The notes beneath the pieces were generated by a model. The model saw only the letters and a program-made list of their open reading frames with translations, was not told the DNA's origin and did no database searches. A stretch of 64,000 bases of DNA from Saccostrea cucullata (taxonomy: Eukaryota): contig NW_026930981.1 in assembly GCF_032062105.1 (NCBI RefSeq), positions 186,001-250,000 of the forward strand, in the 5' to 3' direction. Below, in pieces: positions 22,959 to 37,322 of this stretch (positions within the stretch are counted from its first letter, which is position 1; each line of letters begins with the position of its first letter). Made by a program: the position numbers and the translations under genes.

Positions 22959-25472
22959 TATGTAGCATCAGTAGCTACCCCCTTAATCTGTCACTGTTTT
23001 GGAAAAAAAGAAATAATGACTGGTGATAAGGCATAGAAATACTCGATTTTCCATTCACTTGTTTACAATTACGACTGGTCTTGGACCTGACTTTGTACAA
23101 TATTCCGGCCTTAGACACTGTATAATTCTGAGCAATCGTAACCTTTCGTGGTGAGATTCTCCTTTCGCTTCAACAAACACTAAGCTGCCTGGATTTAGAA
23201 CCATTATTTCTAAATCAGTTGTGATCAGTAAAAAGGACACTAACCATTATTTTTCCAGCAGAATATTCAAATCAGGAGCCCAAGCTCAAAATAATAAGCC
23301 TCTCAATGTATACACTTGTGTTATCAGATCTTGTATTCAAGGAATCACTTGGTATAATTTAACCTTTCTACATTTATTTACTGACAGACATAAGAAACAT
23401 ACCATCTTATTTTTAGAGAACAAAAATTATACACAAGATATAACATTGTTCTCTACCAGTAAGGTCAGCTTCATCTTTGCAATCAATTATTGATATCATA
23501 ATTGTTTTTGGACCCAAATAAGAGCCTAAATTAAAGTAAATTTTAAAATTGCAAGTTTACAAAAAATTTGACTGAAATTAGTTTTATATAAAATTTTAAG
23601 TACTGCAGGATTACTCCAAATAGAGAATTCTTGTTTGTTTTCTTAAGACTTGATGCCCACGTAATGACTTCCTATAAATGACTGTAAGCATGCATATCAA
23701 TGGCTTCTAGCCGGAAATTCTCAAAATGAATTTGAACGAGAGTTGCAGAGGTAAAGATACAATATATCTCATCTCATTATGCTCACACATTACTTAAATG
23801 ACAATCAGTGAACCAAAAGATAAAGTCCCTAAGTCACTGTGGCAGTGTGCTTTAGGATCCAGGGATTGGACCTAGCATCCAAAAATCAGCCATTTCAAAA
23901 AGACTGCAGGGACTTCAAGAGAGTGATGAAGATTAAAACTGTTTTGAATGTTGAACATATACTGTATACATGTAACTAAATTTCGGGGTTTTTTTGTTTT
24001 TATTTTTGGGGGGGGGGTGTATGTGTACCTGTAACTTCCTAAAATTTTGAAAGGAGTGGTTTTTTTCAAGTTTTTTTTAAAATCTAGCTATATTGAACTT
24101 TGAACATAATTGAATTAAATTTATAAAATATTTGTTATTAAATTTCTGTTGCATTCCTTTTCCATGTCAGATAAATATTTCAAAACATTTACTTAAATAC
24201 CCATATTTCTATTTAAATATAAAGTGTTTGTGGAAAAATATATGTTAGCTTTCAGTCAAGTCTGAACAAGTTATCTCCCTTCCTCCGTTCACATCAGCCA
24301 CACTGAGCGGTTCGTATTGATCTTAATTCATCTCTTACAAAACCTACTGACTATACGTTTTATAATAAATTGAATCTTTGTTCACTTACAAGTTAAAAAA
24401 AAAAGGAATTCTCTCAAAATTTCATTCATATTAATATCAAACAGCATGAACTTATTTTTGTGTTTATATAGGAATATTTAAATTGTAATTAAACATCGAC
24501 ATTGTTCCATCTCAAGCATTTTCTTCTTTAAAAAACTGCACGTTTTTTGTTTTTTGTTTTTTTTTTTTTTTTTGATTACATCAAATATTTCTATTTCTAA
24601 CAGAATCTACATTTAAAGAGCTGCTAAGCTATCTAGTGCTTGGTGGATCTGAAACATAGATTTATCTCCCCCAGCATTTATTGCTCAGCCTATTATCACA
24701 GAAATTACAAGATGTGTACAGCACTCCCTTGTAGGTTCCTTCCAGTTTGACTTATGCACTTACTTTATTACCCATGTCTCTAAAACAATTTTACTGAAAT
24801 TTCCTCTTTAAATAAAATGAAAGAAAAGCCATTTTCATGGACAGTCTTGAAGCAAAAAAATTCTTCAAATATTCATGAAAATAATAACTAAAGCAAATGT
24901 TTATACAAGTTTAAACTGAATAAGCTTAGCTCTGTTATTAAGTCAATTTTGATTTTCATTGTCTGCTTTCAATAATGTCCAATAAAGTGATATGTTTATA
25001 ATGTCAAAAGTCTCAGATAATGAAATGATAAACTAAATCTATAAACAATTAATATAAATCTACTGTATACAAACTTGCATAAAGAATTGAACAATATTTG
25101 GCTTTTAATATTTATTAAATGTTTTTGAAAGATTCAAGGTTAAACAATCTTAACTGTTGGTATGAAATAAGTCAACCAAAATACAATCCAAGGATAGGTT
25201 GTCATTATAATGTTAGAATTTACAAAATGTCCACTTAGTACAAGGTTGTTGAAAACAATAAAAACAATGTAGTCACCTGCCTCATTTTAAAAAGTATACT
25301 GGGGGCATTTTCTTGATTGTTCAAAAATTTTCTATATAATGCAAAAGTGAGATTTTATATATTAAAATAAGGAAAGTTGATGGAAAAAGGAAGCAATGTC
25401 TCAATTTTCATTGTTGACATGCAATGATCAGATGCATGTGTCCGATTTCAAATTCAATGGAATATATCAAAT

Positions 25473-25649
25473 TGACATAATTATGAATAACAGTACTTAA
25501 CTATCATTATTTGATTAATTGTATATTTATGACATCTCTCTATTTTCCCTCTTACCATTACAATTATAGAGGAGAGGAAAATATTTAGAGATGTCATAAA
25601 CATACAATCAATCAAATAATGATAGCTACTGTTATTCATAATTATGTCA
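25473..25649. repeat. Long imperfect inverted repeat (foldback)
   Basis: TGACATAATTATGAATAACAGTA...TACTGTTATTCATAATTATGTCA, with inner arms TTTATGACATCTCT / AGAGATGTCATAAA. Confidence 0.85.
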
Positions 25650-27099
25650 TAATTAATACTTTTAAGTAATTGTCAGCTCAATAATCACCGTTTTTAGATG
25701 TGATTGCTGTGACTATAGCTTTTTAAACAATCTCCCACGATATTTTGGTCAGTGACTGATTTATCACTATAATGTTTAGAATATGGAAGCACTTGCATAA
25801 ACAGTGATAAGGCACGTCTTTTAGACACAGCAAACTGCGGTGAGATGCAGAGAAATTGACATTCACTGCACAGAGTACTTCGTACGCTGCAGATAATGAT
25901 GCAGTGATTACGTATATAATAGTTCACATGCCAAATTACTATCAAAGGTTTATCTAGAATATATCTGCAGACATTCAACAGTAAGGGGAGTTAAGTATGA
26001 GAATTAATTGTTATAAAAGTAACTGAAGATTAAATTATTATAATATATACTAGATTTAAATGCTTACAGGTAAAACAGAAGCAGTGCATTATAAAACAAC
26101 TTCTTCAGTTTAACTTGAAGATGAAGTAACTATTGCTTCATACAGATAATTCTGTTTGTGCACTATGAAGATTTATGACCAAAGCACATGCTTCTGTTTG
26201 AAGTCCGTACCAGCCTGATCAGTGTACACCCACTATCCTGACATCTGCTGTGAGTGGAGTCAATATTTTAAGGTTCATGGGTATTCTGATTAAAAAAACT
26301 CTTCATGACATCAATCACAGTCTATTATTCCTTAAAAAATTTGTCAAGTTGAAGTATCTTTTTTGGGTCCAATTTTGCCCCGCAAGCTAAGCTATATAAT
26401 TGTTACTTTATATTTTACTTGATAAATACATTTTTGTTAAAAAAAAAACATAAGAAACCTTTTATAAGAGTAAGCAGAGGGTTCGTGAACCTTAAACAGT
26501 TGCTGTAAAATGATTAAACTTTGTGGGGATCATATTGGTAGGCAAAAAAAAATTTTACTGGTTCATCTGTCCATTTTGATTTCGTTGTTAATTCATATTA
26601 TTAGAAGATAGATTATGAATCAATACACCTTATTTTCATAAGTCAGCTGCTATTTGGAATAATTAATAGATCGAGAGAAAATTTTTCGAGAGCTATGGTT
26701 TTTGTTGTATATTAATCATTATCAATTAATACAAATACGTGTAAAAATGTAATTTTCACAAGCAGACAGATTCGTATAATTACACAAAAAATAAAGTTTT
26801 CAAGAATAAAAATTGTTCATGTTTATGGGAATGTATATTTGTGGTTAAGCTCTACTGGTTTGTACTTATAGCAAAGGAAGAGAGAAGTTCTTAAACACTT
26901 TGCCCCCCTCCCCCAAAATTGGAACTTTACCACAGCAATAAAAAGAATAAAAACAGAGCCTGACCTAGATATTTATCTGATCTCTGTATATAAATTTCAT
27001 TTCAGTGTGCAACAGTTTCGAAGAAAATGCATGCCACATTATATTATAATCAGACTTAAACTGTATTTTGAGTAGATATTTTGAGAGTTTTTAACAGAA

Positions 27100-27950
27100 A
27101 TTGTGAAGAAAAAACCAAAACAGAAAACCAAAACTGTAGCAAAGGAGTAGCATTTTGAAAGAATTTCACAGAAATTTTTAATTTTTAAAATATAACCCAA
27201 CGGCTAAAAAAAACCCTGTATTACTTAATTAAAAAATAAGCAGTCATTGAAACCGATACACAGAATTAAATGTGTTTAGTGACAAGTTCATATTTTGTGT
27301 GCCAAGTTATATTGAAATAGCAAAAAGAAATGGCATTTTTCCATTTTAGCATTTTGATTTTTTAAACATTTCATTTCAGAAATTTCTATTTTTATCTAAC
27401 AATTGGCAACACCATTTTCTCAGAACCATTCAAAAACCGATTACACAGAATTATGTATTTAAATGGTAAAGTTCTACTTGTGTGCCATTTAGTTATATTG
27501 AAAAGAAATGCCAGTTTGGTGAACCTTGCTTGATGGGGCCATTTTTCTAGCATTTTGAAAAATGGAGACAGAAAAAAATTTCTATTTTTTAACAATGGCA
27601 AGATTTATCAGTGCTTAATTGATGCCATGTGCCAGGTTTTTATAATGGGGCACTGGATTATGGATCTTAGTGTAGTGTACTTGTGGGCCAAGTTATATTG
27701 AAATGGACCAAAACTGTAGGAGGTAGTGAGCATTTTGAAAGAATTTCACAGAAAATATATATTTTTAGTGTTTTTGAAGCTGACAACACTGTATATTGAT
27801 GGTCAAAGCAGAAATAAATAACTTGGAACATGAATTATTTGTGACTGTGTTTCATGTTTCAAACATTTGTGTGGGAAGTTTAAACGTATCGTTGAAATCA
27901 GACCAAAACTGTAGGAAGTACATTTGAAAAATTTTTTAGTGGTAAGTATA
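27100..27950 (+). repeat. Degenerate copies of the 156-bp HINE satellite
   Basis: ACCAAAACTGTAG..GAGTAGCATTTTGAAAGAATTTCACAGAA and GCCAAGTTATATTGAAAT motifs shared with the 55.4-60.2 kb arrays. Confidence 0.7.
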
Positions 27951-30875
27951 AATATGTACATAATTTTTATGAATTTCAGTAACAGAAAAATGTTGTTTCC
28001 CAAAGAAAATGCAAAAGGATCGAGTGCCCATTAATCATACTGATCGATGCAATAATCTATAAACCAATCTTGTTAATGAAAATTTGTCAGACTGAGGGAC
28101 ACTCTTTTAAATTCTTATTGATCAACATCATTTATAATAAATTTTTGTAAATATAAAAATTGTTTTATTTTTAGTACTTTGCTTGTATAATTGTTGGACA
28201 TGATGGAGCACAAAAATTTGCGGATATAAATTTTCAAAGATGGAGCAAGACTACTGCAATTCAGATCAAATTGGGATTTTACTTGATAAAAATTTCCAGG
28301 AATTCAAAAACCAAATGTGTGAAAAAAATTGAACAAGTGACCTCTATTTTGTGACTGACTCTGCAACTAAGAAGATGGATTTTTAAAGTGCTTAATATTT
28401 GCATATGGATATCAATTAAGGACCCACCTAAAAAATTATGGAGAAAATGTTTGGATATTAAATGGTTAAAACAAAAACCATTTATTTTTCATTTTTCATC
28501 TCATTTGCATAAATGGTTTTGGAATGGTTAATTTGCATGTTACAGGGCCCAAAAAAATGGTGTTTGAATGGTGTTTGAATGGACTTTGAATGGAGATAAA
28601 ATGAAAAATGGTTTTTAAATGATCAGCCTTTCTGTTGAGAATTCTTGAAAGATTTGACGAAATGAAATGGTTTCTGAATGGTCTTTAAATGGTCAGAAAA
28701 GAAATGGCTTTTAAATGGTATCTAAATGGATTTCATTTTGATAAGGGTAGCTCATTATTTACCGTAAACTTCCAAATCCTAAAACAAGATCCGAGATTTA
28801 GAAGACTGTTCAGAAATCATTAAATAATGAACCTAATACGTCAAATTAAATTACTTTATAAAATCAATGCCTGTGAACGAGAGTGATCTGAAGCCAGTCG
28901 GTAAGACTGGTCCATTCATCTTGATTCTGGGGGGCAGATAAGGAATTCTCTCAAGTACTATGAAAACAGAATTTCCCAAAGCCTTAGATAAGGGGGGCAT
29001 ATTTAGATGGACAGATCTGAAAACATTCTGTGAATGAATACAAATAGACCTAAATGAACGGAGCCTATTCTTTGCCAGATTGTTTTATAGGATGGTACAT
29101 CATACTGATTGATCTACCCTGGGATCATATCGTGGGTCATACTCTGATTCTTGGTGGGCAACTGACCATCGCCAGTTGTCAACCTTTCAGAAATTTAAAG
29201 TGTATAGATTGTCCAACAACAGACAAAATAGCAAACACAGACTCACAGACCATCAGTCCCAAATTACTGTAAACTATACCAATTAAGTTCATTGCAGGCT
29301 AAAAGTATGACTTCATATAGGCTTCAAAGGTTACTTTTATTCACAAACAAGTTACTAAAAACTACACTAAAAAGATTCATTTTTTGCAACTCTGATTTTG
29401 TTAAAATTGGTTCAGAAGTTTGAGAAAAAGAAGTAAATGTTATGTGATAATGAATGGAATAAAACAAACAAACAAACAAACCGGCCAATGCTGAATGAAC
29501 CCTTGTGATTTTGCTGTGTCACAATAATGAATGAGCTACGTACAGCATCAGGCTTAGGGCTGAGCATCTAAATTAGTGAAGGTACTGCAGGTGAAATGTG
29601 CCATGTAGAATTTTCTGAATTTTGAATCTTGACGGGACAGAGATTCTTTCAGGTGAAGATAATAGAACTCTGGTGAAGATAATAGTAATTATAGAACTCT
29701 GAGTGGATTTTATTTTCTGCTCAAGCTATTCAGCCCCCCAGACAAATATGCACTTTTTCTCCATGAGAGCTGTGAGGGCTGATAATATTGATTCACCGAA
29801 AATCCAAAAAAATAAAATCAGGATTCCAATGTATCAGAATTAATTTTGCCGACAAAAGCATCAAAACTAGAGGAGAATAATGCAATAGTTGTTAGAATCT
29901 CGGGGGAAATTTATAAATATATACTTCTGAAATGGTATAAGCATTAAGGACGTTCTTTATTGGTGTTGACAAAGATTGATCCTGGAAACTTGGCTGTACC
30001 ACCTTAATGCCGTTTATCTGAATCCTGCGGGACGGACTAAATATTATCGAACATCGAGAACACACCAAAAGTACTGCGTAATAAAAACTAGCCAAATTAA
30101 ATTATAAACCAAGCTGACATCAGAACCATTTTCAAAGTTTATTTATTCCCACTTTACACCCCTACTCTTCTACATAACTTTTTGTCCATGCGTCACTTAA
30201 TTCGGTCCGTTATCTGGTCCTTTTCTTTCGTCAGACACTTCATGTTACCACCGTAAACTTGGGAGACAGGACATATGTTTTGAAATAGAATTTGTCAAAT
30301 AGTGATTTTTCCCACACAAAGTAAACAAGTCGGATCACTGTTATAAATACAAACACAGTGAGTGTTTGATTAGGAAACTTGAAGGCACTTAACAATTTGT
30401 AGTCTATTGACTAGTTCTCTTTCAGTGTTTATCTACCTTGGCTCATCAACTAAGTCTTCAAATAATACAAACATACATCTTCAAAATGTGTACTTTTAAA
30501 AATTTTAATTCAATTGTAACAAGCAGTTGCTTAGGACTGTGAGTAGTTTCTCTCTCACTTCTCAGCAAGACTATTTTACTTCTTTGAGGTACTTTGTTTT
30601 ATGCCAAATTTGGGCTTTTGCATACACATAGGCTCAGGCCAGTGTTAATGTCAAACCCAAACTCAGGTGTGTTACATCAAACAGTTAACCTAGAGACAAT
30701 TACTGTTACCAGTACAATGTTTTTGTGCAAACCTCTCACACACAAAGGGAATGTATGATCTAAGCCACTTGAATATGAATACTTTGAAGAACACATTGTT
30801 GTTATGACCATCACAAGAAAAATATCAATTTAAATTTACTATGACTTACCATATTTCATCATTTTATATTTTAAA

Positions 30876-31430
30876 ATATGAGGCTCATGGGCCACATCAC
30901 TCACCTGAGCACACAGCTAAGAAAAGTTTATTGGGGGAGGGGGCTTAATTTTATATTACTTGAGGATGCCTACAACATAGCATATAACTTTGCTGTTATT
31001 GAGATGATGATTTTTAAAGATTTTCTTCCTATATCACTTTGTAAAAATTTGATCCCCCATTGTGGCCCCATCTTACCTAGGCTGGAGGTCATGACTTGAA
31101 CAAACTTAATTCTATATTATGTCAGGAAATTTAAAAAATAACTTTCATCTTTTCTAGCATACCGGTTCTTGAGGAGAAGATTTTTAAATATAAAACCCAC
31201 CCAATTTTCACCATTTCTTAGTTATCTCCCCTTGGCAGAAAGTGTGACCCTTCATTTGAACAAATTTGAATCTCCTTCACCCAAGGATACTTTGTACCAA
31301 GTTCGGTTAAAATTGGCCCAGTAGTTTTTGACGAGATGAAAATATAAGATGCCAAAAAAAGACAACGATGATGACAGACCACAGGCAAGTCTTTATTAGA
31401 AAAGCTCACTTGATCCTTTGGCGTGAGCTA
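30876..31430 (+). mobile_element. Degenerate HINE of the 6661 family
   Basis: GAGGCTCATGGGCCACATCACTCACCTGAGC ... AAAGCTCACTTGATCCTTTGGCGTGAGCT. Confidence 0.75.
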
Positions 31431-32885
31431 ATAAAAAATCTTGAAGAATGTGTATTAATTTAATATGAATCTATGAAGAGAGAGAAGCAGGTCAACAAGA
31501 TTTCTTGTACATGTTACAGATTACGTCCAAACTTTCTCTCAACTTCTTCTTTCGAGCTCATTACTGGAAATCAAACCCCTTCTCCATCAAAATCTGACAT
31601 TTACGAGCCACAGTCATTTCAATTTCAATTTGATCCAGCAGGTTTGGGTTTGGATCAGTTTCCATCCGCAAGGAAGGAGAAATCATTACCTGACGACAGG
31701 AACAAGAAAGCTCCAAGGGTGATTAATTCTTACATTTACCTGTTACATAATTCTGTGTTTGCTGTCATTGGCTTATTATTGAATTATACGAGCTATTACA
31801 CTAGTTAGAGACCATTAATAACGAAGCTGCAGCCACTAATTACTACATAAGGTAACATGATGATAAAACACTAGGCCCGTCTCCGTATCCAGGTAAATTA
31901 TTACGGGAACTCGGTCTACAATAATAAAACTGTCTCCAATTTCCAATAGAGACATTATATATGCTTCTTCTATAACATCTTTTAATCATGTGAAATCCTT
32001 TAATTTATACAAGAATTTCCCTATTTACTCTAAAATTGGATTCTCTTTCTGACTACAAAGTTTCTGCATGATGTGTTTAAACACAAATTTTATTTTTCAT
32101 GAAGGACATATGTCCTTTGTGCATTAAACTTTAATTTTCCAATCAACTCCAAGGAAAAAATGACACTATATGCCTGCAGAAAAACAATTCATAACCTTGC
32201 TCAAAAGTTAATCAGGACTGAAAATACAATAATTCCTATTTCACACGTGTTGGGTTTCTGTCAAAACGGATCTGGTAAACAAATCTCTTTTCTTTTTCTC
32301 TGTGCAGCTTTCACACTTGGTTTCTTGACTATTCACACATCCTGCCTATTATCTTTTTTTTTCAGTGGTTCCATAGAATGTTTTCTAGTTTTGTTTATTG
32401 CCAATAACAATTTTTTTTAATGCATTATCCATGTGATGTGTTAAAAACCTTACCAAAAAAAAAAGAAGCAATAACGTCAAAACAAGGCAGCTATATGGTC
32501 AGTGACATTTTATCTCATTAGAGTCCAATCATGACAGGTGCACAATCATTGTATAATACATGAAATGTTTCTAATGATGCGGAGAAGGGAGTTCCGCATA
32601 TTTTTAAGACTCATTCATTCAAATTCTTTGATTTCCTTAGGCTGCAGAACACAATTTATTTTTTAAATTTTAATTAAAAATTTATTTACACTTGAATAGA
32701 ATAAAGAATTTCTTCAATATAATAATTCTTTTGAAAGGATTGAAGAGAACTGTCAGATTTTTATTTGACAGAAATGATTAAAAATTTGCTGATAAATTCA
32801 TTAATCCTGTGAACTGACAAGCCTGCTGAGCGTATCATTTAAATGTCTTCTCTATAGAGCCCCCGTATCTTATCTATACACTTAC

Positions 32886-33012
32886 CTATGGTGTATGCCG
32901 TGCCATCGAGGGTGAACGTCGCACTCTTGCACTTCTTGAAGATTTTGGGTGTGATGGGGCGGGGTCTCTTCGCCTGATCCAGTTTGTCCCGATCCTCTTC
33001 TCTGCCATCCAT
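32886..33012 (-). CDS. PDE1: Alternative first coding exon of PDE1 (MDGREEDRDKLDQAKRPRPITPKIFKKCKSATFTLDGTAYTI|)
   Basis: AAAATGG start; 42 codons + 1 nt; donor ATAG|GTAAGT. FKKCKSATFTLDGTAYTI closely matches the N-terminal peptide I recall for a long vertebrate PDE1C isoform (FKKCRSATFSIDGYSFTI). This frame is not in the ORF track. Confidence 0.75.
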
Positions 33013-34417
33013 TTTCACTAGATTCAGGGACCCAGGTCACAAAATAAATAATTCCCACTGATTCAGAATTTAGTTTGCAGACAAGTATTTTAAAATTCAC
33101 ATTTGGTCACCTCTTGAAAAGTTTCACAGATATTTAATACCATCCAAGTAGAACTTTAACATATTTGGGACCAGATTCACTCACAGTTTATGTATTTACA
33201 AATATACTCAGATCAATGGATACCTCTAAGTTCATTAAAATTCCGTGAAGTAAATAAACAGTTGATCACAGCTCTCCCTAATATGCAATAGTTCCAATTC
33301 CTTTTTCTTCAAATTCTATTATTGATTTTAATTTCTCTGCTCCGTATTATACCATTTTTCCTACATTTTCGCTGAATTTGTGGAATAATGTCGTACAGGT
33401 AGAGGGGACATCACTCTGCCAGAAGGTGAGGAGATTTCATTTAGGAGATTACCCCATACAACACTTAAATCCAGGAGAGATGAAATTTGAATTCTTAAGC
33501 CAAATTAAGTTCTCACCTAGTAGTTATTGCAGCATGGCCTCTCACACTGACCACTTCTCTGAATTCTAGCAGAGGGGCATCAGTAGCTACAGGACTCTTC
33601 TTTTAGTGTGTCTGTATATACTCCTATCATAACACAAAAAATAAATATTAATGTCAGATGGGGGATTCTTAGTCTGCGCTCCTCGTCAACTCCCACTCCC
33701 AGAACTCTTAAAGGATAACGTCAAAAAAGGCGGGCAAAACAATTACCAGATCACGCGATTATGCTCCTTTAATCTCAAATGAACTAATCCAGGAACTAGA
33801 AGTACACAGTATTGTGACTTCTCAATGCTACAGTGGTATTTATTAATAAAGAGGATATTTTGAATTTTTGCTGTATCATATCAACAATTAATACTTTTAT
33901 CAATTGTTCATAATGTTACGTTACATCCTGTAGGATCGGGCATCAAGACGTCCAGACTGAAAAGAGCTTTAATTACTCTCTGTGTTGACAAAGCATTCCC
34001 AAGATCGCGGGAATGAACATCAATCTCTTTAATACTGGCTTTAAAACCTTCACCAATTCTGCTGGGAAACTAAGAGATTCATTATCTAAAACTTACTATG
34101 AAATCTTACAATTCATTGTAAGCTTATTGTTACGCCTAAGGAAAGTAATCAAATTTTAGCTGTATACTCCATTGGAAGGAACCTTTTATAACCTCACTTC
34201 TAAAAATCTGTCAAACTTTTAATGATATGGAAAGGGTACATGACGGTGCTTAAAAACTAAGTGTGTATTAAATTAAACTTTTGACTCTATACAAAGTAAG
34301 TCAATATTTTATAAATTGAAGTTCATTCATCATGAAGCCTCAAACTCAAATTAGCTACTAAAAAAAACTTGCACAACTAGAGAAAGAAAAATTATAGCGA
34401 AGATTATAAATATTTTG

Positions 34418-34988
34418 CAGGGTTCGACACTAACGCTAGCCCGCTGGCCCGGGACAACTAAATAAGAAGTCGGGCTACCAAACTTGTCTTTAAACTTGCC
34501 CTGCAGGGCTACAGTAAATTTTACCAATTACTCACTAAGAGCATGAAAATAATAATAATTTACACACAATATTCCTGATAATTGTTAAATTCATTTTCAA
34601 ACATGTTTTATCATCATAATTATTATTTTTGTAAGTCGAAATGTAAACTTTAAAGGTGATTCAAAATACCCTATATGATTATAAAAATGGAATATTTCGT
34701 ATAGAAAAAATGTCTTAGGTACAATCATAGAGTGACATATAATTTTTACCCAAAATTCAGCCAGAATGCAGGATTTGCATCTCTATTTCCAAAATTTCCC
34801 GGGGGAAGCCCCCCGTACCCCTACCAGCAGGAGAAGGAGCCCCCTCCCACACCTACCCCCCTCATCACTTCGCGACTCGGCCACCAGCCTTTGGCTGCTG
34901 GACAAGTAATACATGAACAGGGCTAGTAGAAATTAGAAATGGCTAGCCCTGCTGACAACTATGGTTTTAAAGTTAGTGTCGATCCCTG
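34418..34988. mobile_element. Non-autonomous DNA transposon with 5-bp TSD
   Basis: TTTTG|CAGGGTTCGACACTAAC ... GTTAGTGTCGATCCCTG|TTTTG. Confidence 0.85.
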
Positions 34989-36939
34989 TTTTGTGGACAA
35001 TTTCAAGAGTCCAGACTTTGTAACTTTTTTAATTATACAATGTGGGAGTGTCAATAATTTTGACATTTTCTTTGCATAAAACAAGAAAATATTACCTAAT
35101 ATACAAACTTTTCTAAGGGACTTGTATTTTTTTTTTCAATTTGAGGATTTTTATGACTTCTTGAAAATGTCTAGTCTTCTTGGAAAATGAATTTATGCTG
35201 AAATCCTTCAATTTCCTTCCCTTATTGTCCATCTAATCCCGAGATATCTCGTCTCTGTCTGTCAGGGGGAGATGTATGGCGGTCTGGTCTCAGTATATCA
35301 ATCTAGCTTGTCAAACACAAGTGTCTACCTGATTGGCCATTATTGGGATTCTACCTGAAACAACCTTACAACCTCCCCGACTCTGTCTGTCAAAACAAAG
35401 CCTGTCCTCATTATCTTACAGACAGAAGAGTTTAGACTGATGGAATCACAAAGGATGCCACAATCTCACCACATCTGTTAGTACTTCTAACACGTTGTAC
35501 AAGTACTGATGATGAAATGTACTTTGCTGCCTCTCTGTTTTGTTTTGGTTGTCTCAAGAAGTATACTCCATCAGTCATTCAATTGTACATGTACGTTTAA
35601 TAAAAACATACCAATCAAAATTTTATCTAAATAAAATCATTTTTTTTTTAACTTATTTAATTCATTTATAATTATTTTTTTATAAACATGAAAGGATGTC
35701 TCTCCCCTATCCCTGTCGAACCACCAAGGAGAGACCAGCCATATGACTTTGACTCATAACCATAACCTAATGTAAAAGTCGCTATCACATAAGTGTTACA
35801 ACGAAGGAGAGACCATTCATATGACCTTGCATTGGTACCATGACATATCTTAAACGTTAAAGTCAATATCTAATTGCCCATTAATCTTGAAGATTGGACC
35901 TTGGGTCTGAAACTGCATGAAGGGTTCAAAAGTCATGACCCTGACACTATGTCAAACAGATGACACAGACAGACAGATAGACAAATGTGGCAAAAACAAC
36001 AAGTCCACACCCAATGGAGACACAGTAACTCAGGGTTGATCAGAAATAAATAACAACTGTTCCATCATTACAACATAAACCTGCTATTAAAAGCAATTAT
36101 CTGGTAATCCCACACTTCTTACAAATGTTAACTTCTTAATGCACAAGAATAAAAAGCAGCCTCCAAGAATAAAGCCAGAGTTTGTTTATGCATCATCCAA
36201 AGCCACAAAGCTCTCGGCACCGCTAGGGTTAGGCACGCAAAACAATGAGTCCCGAACCTGTGTGGCTACTTTCAAGTTAAAGAAGCTGCCAGAACCACCC
36301 ACCCTTTTACATTAATAGCGGCTCTCTTCGTAAAGATGAGCCATTACACGAGTTTGCAATTATCACAAATATCAGCTTCTGCAAAGCGTAGCTTTTTTTT
36401 AATTACGTAAAAAGAACTTTTTCTGGGCTTTGATATTCTTTTAATTACACCACTGCAATAAAATCTATAGTCCTAGAGCACTTGCACCAATATCAAAAAG
36501 ACATGAAAACAAAATATACATTGACTCAAGATTAATAAAATCCAAGATTGTCTTGAGGCAAATGTTCCATTTGATTGGGAGCAAGGTTTATTTAAACATT
36601 CCAGTCCTAACTGAAGGAAATAATGCTGTCAAACAAAAAACACATTTCTTAAATGAAAGATCACAATTTTCATGTTGTAGCTAGGAACAAAAGAAATTTG
36701 ACACTAAAATTATTAAAATTAAATAAAAGTGATGTTTTGAGCAACTCTAAACAGAATGCCTCCTCACTCATTGAGTCATTAAGATATTTCCATACTGTTC
36801 ACCAAGTTATAGCAGTGCATGCCCCCTGCCTTCTGAGTCATTAGAAAGGATGGCTTCTGCTCAAGAGGTTGTTACAGACAATGCATAAATGCTCGCTGAG
36901 TTGTAAAAGAGAATGCCTCCCTTCTCATTTCATTGTTAC

Positions 36940-37195
36940 AGAGAATGTTCTTGTCTCATATACCACTTGCAGGTAGAGGGCTGCAAATTTTAACCAATAT
37001 TTGGTACTCAGGGCCATTGAGCAGTGAGGGATCTTTTTCAGGTCAACATCTAATGCAGCACAGGACCTTGATTTAATTGGTCTCATCTGAAGGACTGGGA
37101 TCTGTATTCCACAGTGGATTCAAACCAACAACATAGGGATCAGCTCCTTACTTCTAGACTCTAGAGCAGACTCTCTAACCACTGCACCAGCTGGG
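36940..37195 (-). mobile_element. tRNA-derived SINE, degenerate
   Basis: GAGGGCTGCAAATTT...GGCCATTGAGCAGTGAGGG body shared with 43466-43790; tRNA-like head at the right end. Confidence 0.65.
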
Positions 37196-37322
37196 CAACA
37201 AAAAATTATGTAACCCTACTTCAGCGATCATCTCCAGACAAAACAAATGTCTATAGTTCTTAAAACAGACGGACAAACTGACAGACATGTGATTCAATTA
37301 TATCTTCCATGGTAGATATAAA

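Noticed and set aside
23055-23240. 61-aa minus-strand ORF as another PDE1 first exon
   Set aside because: Only a weak phase-2 donor and no shared motif.
28500-28750. AATGG-rich tract as telomeric or centromeric satellite
   Set aside because: Short and irregular; more likely subterminal repeats of a decayed DNA element.
29892-30095. ORF containing RRIQINGIKVV and NAYTIS, reminiscent of the first-exon motif
   Set aside because: No phase-1 GT donor after YTI, non-ATG start, and the motif parts are not contiguous.
32882-33100. ORF-track 72-aa protein MNFKILV...
   Set aside because: Wrong frame; the PDE1-like peptide is in the overlapping frame starting at ATG 33012.
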